Shown piece after piece: positions 54,119 through 64,000 of a stretch of DNA of 64,000 nt. A program made the translations under genes and the position numbers. The DNA lies in contig NMRA01000257.1 of NCBI GenBank assembly GCA_002633005.1, positions 387,574-451,573 on the forward strand, written 5' to 3'. The stretch's first letter is position 1; every line of letters starts with the position of its first letter. This DNA comes from Phoronis australis. Its lineage: Eukaryota; Animalia; Phoronida. The notes below the pieces were generated by a model. It was not told the origin of the DNA and made no database searches. It saw nothing but the letters and a program-made list of their open reading frames with translations.

Positions 54119-54419
54119 CTATGATGACCAATACGATGGTGGCGAGGATGAACAATAGAAGTAATAACATACACATGACGAACGTAGAATTCCGAAATCA
54201 GTAAGAAATAGGGTACAGTCTTGAGCGACACTTGGCGAAATTAACAGAAAAGACATGACGACGGAGATGATGACGAAGATGATGACGAAGATGACGAATA
54301 TGATGATGGTGGATGCGATAATGAACAAACATCATGACATTCATATGACGAACTTAGATGTCATAAATCAATAAGAAATAGGCTACAGTCTTGTTCAATT
54401 GAAGCTTAACCAACATCAA

Positions 54420-55225
54420 TGCAGTAAGAGCGCTCAATAAAGGAACAGCGCAATCAGAAAACCTCGAATAATTCGAAAAGTAGACATCGTAGCGGAAAAT
54501 GGAAAATATCTTCTGAAAGCCCGTTCAAACCTCTATCTAAGTTGATAGTATCACACAGTTCCGTAAATTTTTCGAAAAAAATGAAATTTTGCGTTTTTTT
54601 AATAAATTCAAAGTCAAATAACTCGAAAACGGTAAGTCTGAGAAAAAATTGTTACAGGTCATATGAAAAGCTATACTTAAAAAAATCCACATGTAAAAAT
54701 TCACGTCATTCTCTCTTCCCGTTTAAAATGGCATTCCAGCACAACTGAAAATAGGTCAACATGGGCCAAATCCTCCATCTTGAAAGCAACTTCCTGTTTT
54801 TCAGGCCTGAATAATAGAATGTTATAAGAAACTAACACCTGCAAAAATTTGGAGTAATTGCCCCTATAATGCGCCCTCTACAGGAGAAAACGTTTTTTTC
54901 CAAAATAGAGGTGCGTATGCGCGATTGCCGATATTTCCACCATCTTCAACCGAAGTTAACAATTTCCGGTATAGATGTAACACGCGCCTATTTCAATAAT
55001 TGTACCGATTCTCAGCCCCGTACGTACAAAAGTATAGCCTCCAGAAGCATTTGAATCTTAAAATGTAAACAAAATGGCCGCCATGTCCGCCATTTTGGAT
55101 CCGATTATGACGAAAAACAATAGGCTTCCAGGACTTCCGAAACTACGTGTTATGTGTAAATTTCGTGATGATCGGATGAAAATTGCAAACTTAGTGACAG
55201 AGCAACATACTTGGCGAAATTTATA
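54420..55225 (+). mobile_element. HINE-like element of a second family
   Basis: gtaagagcgctc start, aaaatggccgccat...tgtaaatttcgtgatgatcggatg core, and 3' gacagagcaacatacttggcg matching the hairpin family at 63290. Confidence 0.45.
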
Positions 55226-55899
55226 ACAATAACTTGTGCGTGACTGACGACTCGCTGACTGAGACAAGATATCCCTTCTGGGAAACTGCTAATCAACAGT
55301 GCCACTAGTCACCCGTATGCATACGCGTTCACACTTCAAGAATCACAACAGAATTAGCCCTCTAGATCCTGAATCACCGGGTTCGGATTCTAGTGACAAA
55401 CAGGCTGAGACCAACGCCCGTGTTAAAGTGTATATACCTCAAGCTATATGAAATTTCTTCTGTTCGAGGTCTGGTACCGTCTTCTGATGGTCTGGTTGTC
55501 TTTGAGGTCTGTAGTCGCAGTTTCAACCGTAGTCTGATATATTGTAGATCTGGTCTGCCGTGATCTCAAGAGCCATGAGTGCCTTAAATACTCTTGGTGG
55601 CGTCACGCGATGGACCCACCTCTATACGTGCTTCTGCCTATAATGTTGACTATCCCTCACGGAGAATTCTAGCACAACTGCCACTCTTCCCGGATTAACT
55701 ACTACAGAGGTATGCTTATCCTCTGGGAAATGCTTGCATAACTGCCACTCTTCCTCGGCCCCCTGGGAATGTTACAGAACTACAACAGAGGTATACTTAT
55801 CCCCTGGGAAATGCTTGCATAACACCCGTGATAAGTTCTGCTAAAGACCAAGGCATGTTTGCATGCACGTGGAGGGCATATTAGCCTCATTATATTACA
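55225..55899 (-). mobile_element. LTR copy, 3'-truncated, inverted relative to 53324-54118
   Basis: The reverse strand begins tgtaatataatgaggc; closely similar to 32478-33181. Confidence 0.75.
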
Positions 55900-56568
55900 G
55901 TCTTTAAGAAATTGTCATTCGTAACTAAGGTGGTAGACAGCACCCACCGGCCGGCATTAGAAACTTTGGTTTTGCTCCTGTTGTGTGAAGCAGGGAAATT
56001 ACTGCATTAGCGATGACTCCAAGGCCGAAATAAACCAAACTATCGTGGACTAAAACTGATGTTTTTCTATAACATTGGCTTCCGGAAATTGAATTCTCCA
56101 TGCCAGAAATTTGTTAATGTCGTTCGTTCCAGAAGAATAAGTATTAGCCAAATACGATGTCACTGTTGTTCTTACCAAGGGAAGTGTGTTTACTGTAATG
56201 TCGGATACACAATTGGTTGATGAGCTCCAACAAAAATTTGCAACTTAGAACGCTTTAACGATAAAAAAACTTGTTACCTGATCCTGGAATCTCCATTCGT
56301 GTGGAGTTGAAAATGTGCACTGTACATTTTTGACTCACCGTAAAACTACTCATGTTAAAAAAACATTCAGTGTACATAGGGACACATCTATAAAGTCGAC
56401 CTGGCACATTTGATAGAATTTCATTCACACAATCCGAGAAAGAAGGCGTTAAGTGTGTCAACGGGTTCCTTCGTTTGACAAATACCATGCACTCATGAAA
56501 TATCACGTCGCTTTCGTAAAATGTAACAATATATATAAGGTACATTTCGCGCAGGTCAGGCATTCGAC

Positions 56569-56588
56569 CAGGAAGAGATCTCTTCCTG
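56569..56588. mobile_element. 20-bp perfect palindrome with a 7-bp flanking direct repeat (minimal MITE or footprint)
   Basis: attcgac|CAGGAAGAGATCTCTTCCTG|attcgac. Confidence 0.65.
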
Positions 56589-56998
56589 ATTCGACGTAAA
56601 TTGTAACCAATTTCATAAAATGTAACAACTTGTTACGTTTAAGAGAGGCCTACCAACGCAAAATCTAACAATGACATGAAATGTAACAATTGTTACGTTT
56701 TACGGCGTATCAGAGCGCTGCGAGACCGGTACACGAGAAATGTGCCAACTCGTCGTCCTTTATACATATCTTTGATGTCTTGGTCCACTTTTTGGTCGCA
56801 CAACTTTTTCGCCCAGCGCCGGCCATAACCGACGTCACGCGAGTGAGGCCACAATATCTTTGCCACAACTGCCAAGGTGAGAGCTGAGCGGAACGCGCGA
56901 CCTTACGAGACCTACATTTGCAAAATATGTTGCTCGTTAACTGACGTGATTTCGCGTACTTTTGGCCTTAAAATAAAGTTTCAAACGTAACGAAGTAG

Positions 56999-58200
56999 CA
57001 TGGGCGGCGCACCATAGGGGGCTCATACCGTGAATAATGCGCTTACAAGGAAGTCACGCACTTCTAAAGATATGCACGAATTTACACAGCTCGTCCTTCT
57101 GAGCAGATTTTACCCACAGGCTCTTGAGTTTATCTGTTCCTCGATCACTACTGACGTCACTCACTACTAAAAAAATAACCATGTACGCTTTTCGATTTTT
57201 AAAAATCGATGAATTATTAATCTAAAAACTACTACCAATGGGTACAATTGAAGACAAACTACCGCGCATATTGATATACTCGGTAGATATACAAACGCTG
57301 ATCAGATTTAACAATATCAAATGGATTCATTTTTTAATATTCTTTCAATCTCGTTTAACCAGATTTTTGACCAGGAAACAGTTGTACTTAACTTGAGCCC
57401 ACTTTTCATTTTTTATTTCTGACAAAGAGCTGGAATAGTTATATAGTCAGTGCCACCGAAATTGTCCAGATTCCAAATCTTCAGTTCTTGTTATCACCAT
57501 ATTTGCACTTTTGTTTATATTTTATGATTTGAGTTCTAATAAAGATTAAACTTTAATGACACATGAAATGTTTAGTATACCTGTAATGTGGAAGGTTCAG
57601 GGATGGACTCACAATGAACTTAACTAATTAAGTTTAGCTGGCGATCAAAATCTACCGTTTTGGTACTTCAAGTTTAGAACTTCGATAACGTTATCAACCC
57701 GTTCCTGGTAAGAAAAAAACAAGTGGGCAGAAGCATTAAAAATTAAATAACGAAAACCAATATGAAACATGTCGTTCCTTTGGGAAGTGTCCCTTTGTGA
57801 AGATAAACACAAGTTAACCTTTTTAGTCATTTTGTAATATTTATAATGTACCAAGTTAAAACTACTCTCCAGAGTTGCAGGCTGTAACTCTGCAAATGTC
57901 AGAGAAAACCAAACTGGGGGTACTAACAACAACCATTGTTGAGAGAGTAATGCTAGCTATTACCTTTCCACTTCATTAACTCAGATCTACATCAATACAA
58001 CGGGCGTGCTGAATAGGCATCGTAAAAGTTGTCTAGGGCTAAGAGAATCTGAGCGGTGACCAGTGTACTCGAGAAATTCTCCACATGTATAGACCCTCAC
58101 TTATTAATGGGCGGCGTACCATAGGGGGCTGGGGAGCTATAGCCCCCCACTTTTTTCAGTGCTGCGTCGCCCATGTTATTTCAGTGCTGCACCGCCCATG
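56999..58200. mobile_element. CATGGGCGG-TIR DNA element with 5-bp TSD
   Basis: agtag|CATGGGCGGCGCA...TGCACCGCCCATG|agtag. Confidence 0.85.
58106..58175. mobile_element. 70-bp mini element of the same family nested inside 56999-58200
   Basis: ttatt|AATGGGCGGCGTACCATAGGGGGCT...GCGTCGCCCATG|ttatt. Confidence 0.8.
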
Positions 58201-59849
58201 AGTAGGCCCGTAGGAAGGTATATGTGGGCGCAAACTAATCTGACTTCAGTTCGCCTATGTGGGTGGTCCTCAAATTTGGCAAGCACGTACCCGCCCATTG
58301 ACATCACGCGGCAAATCTCAGGGAGGCAACCTCAAGCCTTGGGTTCTAGTGTCAACATCCTTAAGTAATTATTTACAGCGTAAAATAATTATTTGAGAAA
58401 AGCTTTTATTTGCGGCGTGAATTAAAGTTAATTTACACCACAAATTAATAGAACGTACCATTCCCCTGGAGTCAGTTAAAACCAAGAAATTTCCAATATC
58501 ACCATCTGATCTAGAATCACGTTCGACTAAACTCGACAAACAAGCCTATACGTTGTATAGGTACACAATGCTGTCGCAGTCAGCGGGTCAGAGCCGTTAT
58601 CAAGTCTGCAAGTAGTCAGCAGTTGAAAGTTAAATCTAATTTCTCTGAAAGTCGATCGTCTTTCTCCGTTCAAAGTTTTTCGAAGATAGTATATCATAAA
58701 ACACAGTTCGCGACAATACGTCGTTAGGAAATAGTATTTTTAAGAATCGGCTGGCGTTAGGCGTGCTGTTTACAACACACTTGCTGGATTACGTGAGCTT
58801 TATCGGACGAACGTGGACAATGAGAGAGCTGGACTATGTAAACAATGGTTTATCAACTTTCTCCCCTTGCTATCTCTGTCAAACTGATAACAATATGGCT
58901 ATGACAAAGAAGAGGGAAATTTTCCAGGTGATATATCATTCCACAAATAAATAGGCTTGCTTGACAGAAATATTTCTTTCCTTCGTAAAATTTGACTGAA
59001 ATTTAATGTATTTGCATGAATGAAGTCAAAATAATGATAAAAAGAGACAAGGGGAAACTGGAAATCAAATAAGAGGGAATTAAACCAAAAAATAAGGAAA
59101 CCCTCATAAAAGAGGAAAATTCAAAGCCCTGCCTTACACACCACTCGCAACAACAGAATACAATAAATGTGTTTATTAACCAATACATCTTAATTCATAC
59201 AATAAGATCCTGGGTATTGTAACTATTATAATAGTTATATAGCAAAAACACTTTTATACAAGGACATTGTAAGACTATCTATACCACAAAAGTTCCAATC
59301 AACAAAGACATAACATGGCAGCAACAGTACGCAAAGCTTAGGGCAACTGAATCAAACATCAAACTAATTTGAAACTCATCAACATCAACTGCAGCAGAAT
59401 GCATTCAAATATTTGTTTATAAATATACAGGCATATCAGGAAACCAGTTGCATGTCATTCACTGTACTTATTAAAAAGATCTAACACTATAAGGAGAATA
59501 AATTACAAGGTGAGGTGACAACTCCCACGGGAACTATTGGCAAAATGCAACGATCACTTAATTAAGGATAACAAAATTTTGGCAAAATGCCAATCTACCT
59601 GAATCAGCACAACATAAGTGCCATCCTAACATAACCTTGCATCAAAAGTAAGACACATTTACAATATTACAACAACCGAAACTTCATTTGACCGAAATGC
59701 ACAAATTGTGGATAATGTGATAATAAACCTAACTATGAGGCTCTCATTTACCTATAGTGTATTGTGAAACTCTTGTCCAACACCTAAAACAAAGCATAAA
59801 GTAGTTCCGTAACTTCCCTTCCCTCAGTTTGGTTGCTAGAATGGGCAGT

Positions 59850-60019
59850 CATTGACCTGCATCAGATCCAGACATGTCCTGTTTGAATGAATCATTGACC
59901 TGCATCAGATCCAGACATGTCCTGTTTGAATGAATCACTGACCTGCATCAGATCCAGACATGTCCTGTTTGAATGAATCATTGACCTGCATCAGATCCAG
60001 ACATGTCCTGTTTGAATGA
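59850..60019. repeat. 43-bp minisatellite x4
   Basis: cattgacctgcatcagatccagacatgtcctgtttgaatgaat in tandem, with no spacers. Confidence 0.95.
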
Positions 60020-60399
60020 GATAAACATCTCTTGCTAAAACAGTTCCTGGCAGAGACAAAACACAAGCTGGACCAAGTAATAGCCTACTTTTCTATCCTA
60101 TAATAGTACAGTAACAAAGTGAGCTCTTCTGATAAATAGTCGTTTATTCACATCACCTCTACTAACAATATCAGATACTAGGAATTTTTTGTTACAAAGT
60201 CGAGCATCCTGTACGAACTGCACTGTGTCTCAGACATGACAACAGGTCACACTAGATTGGGTCTAATCATCTGTTTTTTAGTCATGTGCAACTGAGGGAG
60301 CACAGCAAATAGATGCGAATGAAAGATGCACAACAGTAGTTAGATCCGTCTGCAAGAAGTAATCACATGCAGTCGCATTCACAATAATACACAAGCCAA

Positions 60400-60790
60400 A
60401 TTTCACAAAGATCTTTCAAGGGCTTAAGGAGGTACAGCCGTGAATGCAAAAGGGACTTCATGTATTCGAACTCGTACAAAAAATCAACATCAGGCACGCT
60501 CTTGTCAGTCGGAAAACATCTGCCAACTTTCATAACGGTCATTTCTGATTTGGCGGACTAGAAAATAATAAAAATGGCACCAGCTGGTGCAGAATACGTT
60601 GAATCCATCCGAAGATTGAAAGACTTCGTCATCTCCTTCAAAGAAACCTATTCGCCAAATTTCATTAAAATCAATACAAAGGCAAGCTTAAAAGCTAATT
60701 TCTCCTAGGAGGTACAGAAGTACTCAGGTCCGTCCAAATGTTGTTATCACCTGTGACATGAAACGGGATTCATAGAATTCAGAAACGAAC
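60400..60790 (+). mobile_element. Degenerate pearl/HINE-like copy
   Basis: aaaatggcaccagctggtgcag, gaatccatccgaa, gccaaatttcattaaaatc and ctaggaggtac blocks. Confidence 0.5.
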
Positions 60791-63289
60791 GCTCTGAACA
60801 ACACCACCGCTACTATAGAATAAACATTTTGACACTCTTTTGAGCGCCGAGTACAATTATCTAACAGTTGTGACAGGTTAGCCGGCAATTTATCACAAAT
60901 CATTTGCTAATAGCAGCGTATATCACCTACATCTACTGCTACAACAATGGAGAAACAATAAACATCATGAATATAGTCCAGGCATTACCTCTGCGAGATA
61001 CACATAACAAAGACGGCACACAGCTGTTCAAATTCTAGCACTGCACAACTTCATATTGCGAAGCTGGTCCTACTCACTGTTCAAAATCTAGCATTCCACA
61101 GCTTAAAATTGCAAAGATCAGGTCTCTAACCATTCCGCAGTGACCTTTTACTGTTTTCTATTACCTACCTGCCATGTTTAGAATTTCCCTTTTTACTATG
61201 GCGAGGAAGCTATTTATGTCTCACATAAGGAAGCCAATAATTTACATACGTCCACAAATGAGTCAAAATCCAGCAATGTCACACAATGAGTCTTTGTACA
61301 AACAGTTGGCAGTTGCCCACACAAGATGTCATACAGTGTATCTGTTCTTTGTAGTGGAGCCAGACTTGGACATGCTGTCTTTGTGTGACTGAAACAAAGA
61401 ATATACAAACATGTCTTGTAACATAAAAACACTCATCAGATAAGACACTAAACTCATGGCACAAACCCACAACTGAAAACATCCAGCACAATACCAACAA
61501 AGCAGGCACCCGCATTTAAATACATAATAAACATCACCAACAAGTATTTGAATCTGACGCATTGCAGATGCAATTACACACAAAAAGCCAATATGCAGAA
61601 GGTAATCTGAAATTTTCACTTCCACACCACAGAAATGTAGGAAGTGGTAGAGATTTATTCATTAGGACCCATTTCCCTCATGCTTTCGTTCATACTACTG
61701 TAACCAGCACTCACACCTTACTTCTTGATCATAGTATGACACTTGGTCCCCTAGACAAGATCTAGTATATAGTATACAGAATATGTCTACATACCAAATT
61801 TCAGAAAAATCCATCAAAAAACAGCAGAGCCAGAGCTCCACGAAAAATGTAGCTTACACTGCCATTATTGGACAGATTTTGGCTCGAAATAATCATGGGA
61901 GCTTATTTTGACCCATTACAACATAACTCTAGAATACACTAGTAAGTACAGAAGGGAGTACCATAAACACCATTACACAGGAATGAATGCACCGGAAGTA
62001 TGACGAGGTTTGCAATCTCGCCATTATGTGACGCACATGGTTACCTGCTGCTTGACCTATGATCTAGGTTAGACAATGAGTGACCCTGATCGAAGGTCAA
62101 ACAACAACCAATCAATGCAATTAAGATGTACATCACATTGTGGCAAGACTGCAAATCTCGCTAGCCCTGTGGCGCATCTATATTCCCGTAAAATGGCGTA
62201 CACAGTACTCCTTTTTTGTAATTATAAGGTGGTGTATACTAGAGGTATATTCTAACAGATGGAAATACGCTTCTATCAAAATAATATGCCCAGAGATTTT
62301 AACAATATGTGTGTGTGTGACATTTCGTTCATACTCAACACCACGTATCATAAGTTGAAAATTTGGGAAGATAAAATTGAGCGACGTTTTTCAGGTATTT
62401 GGATTATCTTTACACAAAAAGTCATGACTTCATAACTTTAAGTCTTACAATGCATCCATCCCAAGACAACTGGAGACAACAGAAGACTGAATTGAAAAAC
62501 TAAGCCAGATGAATATCTTTGCAACATCTTAATTCCCCAATTTTATCTGAACATGATCAGTCAATTAAAATCCACACATTTGCCTTGAAAAAACAAAATT
62601 TTCAATCAGCCCATGATGTGATCTAGCTTCAACATATCTCGCTTTGACCTTGGAAATGACATCTGGGTTGCAAAAATTGACTAGAGACTGGAAATGCCTT
62701 ACTAGTAATGCCTACGGGAATTTTATGACCATTAAGTGATGTCCACGCACAGACTTACTGTGAACAAGTTACTGACGGAAGTAGATTGGGAGCTAGCCTG
62801 AATGCAACTTCCCCCGACTGCGAGAACTTACTCCACCTTATTGAGGTGGGTTAACATGTTCCAGGGTAACTTGCGCCACTTGTAATCGCTATGAGGCTGC
62901 AAACCTGGGGCAAGGTGGAAGTAATCATCTGTTGTCGTTACATACAGACGGGTCCCGTATTCCCATCAGCTGTCCATTGTCATGCTCACAGCGACAACTT
63001 TTGCCTTAACCTAGTTATTGGATGCGTGCGTGTGTTTCTGTGTGCGCGTACGTGTGTGTGCGTGCGTGCGTGTAGACACTCCACTTAAAAGGGGAAAGTT
63101 GCACTAGTGAAGTTGTTCTAGGGTAAGTCAGTGTACGAATGAGACTTTAGAGTTTGCTACATTTCTGTGATTTCTTATCGTTTCATGGATAGGAGACAGT
63201 AATGAACTCGGAAAATGTATCTTCAAGATAACCAAGGATTTGTGTTTTTACTAAACGAAACATCAAAAATAGTCATGTTATCATTTAAT

Positions 63290-63388
63290 TACTTGGCGGA
63301 ATTCTTCCGCCAAGTATGTTGCTCTGACAGCAAGTTTTTTACTTGGCGGAATTCTTCCGCCAAGTATGTTGCTCTGACAGCAAGTTTT
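63290..63388. repeat. 50-bp duplication, each copy with a perfect 12-bp hairpin; probable 3' stem-loop of a minus-strand HINE-like element
   Basis: tacttggcggaa-ttc-ttccgccaagta x2, then a T-rich tract; the reverse complement matches 55195-55215. Confidence 0.7.
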
Positions 63389-64000
63389 TTTTTTGTTTTT
63401 TTTTTTTTGTTTTTTTTTTTGTTTTTTTTTTTTGATTTTGGCCGAGGTACAATATTGTGTCCAAAAAGGCAGATGGATTAAAGTAAAGAGAAAAACATTA
63501 TAACTTAATTTGGTTTGATGTATTTTCAAGTGTTTGAACTAGAGCAACACCTTGAGAGAAGGTCATTGAAATAGATCCACATTCGCTAAAGTTGTCGCTG
63601 CTTGCAATTGTTCAAAGCTAATGTGAGAAAGGCAAATCTGTCGACAGACAGGCTATTAGAAATTTGGGCTGAATCACACAGTTAATCATGGTGATGCGAT
63701 AGCAAGCATAACATGTAACTGACATACCGCTACGTATGAGTAGTGTTCGCACTACGAGGTATCCTAAAACTATTTGCCCTAGAGCAATGTGCCCTCGTTC
63801 AGCCTAACGTCCACATTACACTGCCGCCGCGGATGCTAGAACTTTCCGGAATCTACTCAATCACCGTTCTATACTAATAAATCACTTATGTGCTGGAATT
63901 TACAAGAATGTTCTCTAGTATTCTATAGTAAACATATTAAATCAACTCTGGTTGTAATCAAACAGAGCAGTAAGCTATAGAACCAACGCCCTGTCTGTTT

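Noticed and set aside
59850-60019. 43-bp repeats as a possible CRISPR array (also 26456-26599 and 30160-30437)
   Set aside because: Head-to-tail repeats with no unique spacers, no cas genes, and a eukaryotic context.
58980-61700. Possible 3' UTR of a neighbouring minus-strand gene (reverse-strand AATAAA near 59172 and 60143)
   Set aside because: AATAAA is common in AT-rich DNA and no coding exon could be tied to it.

Overview
AT-rich, intron-containing animal genomic DNA (probably a marine invertebrate bilaterian; draft assembly with an N gap and single-N joins), not prokaryotic. One host gene can be reconstructed on the minus strand: eight GT-AG coding exons from ATG 28431 to beyond position 1, giving 1023 aa in the window. 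It encodes an N-terminal DUF3715 (pseudo-PARP) domain of the TEX15/TASOR family followed by a long Ser/Lys-rich disordered region with a PxVxL motif; the architecture looks most like TEX15. The rest is mostly transposon debris: several copies of one LTR family (one intact solo LTR with a 4-bp TSD), an old LINE split into three pieces by nested DNA elements, several CA...TG elements with 5-bp TSDs, MITEs, fold-backs and minisatellites. The most unusual structure is a pearl/HINE-like non-autonomous element whose internal ~145-160 bp repeats form a ~450-bp three-unit higher-order repeat. Each unit carries a near-consensus CTCF motif, all co-oriented, and about seven copies of the family lie in this window on the same strand. 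Family assignments come from motif recognition by eye; no database searches were run.
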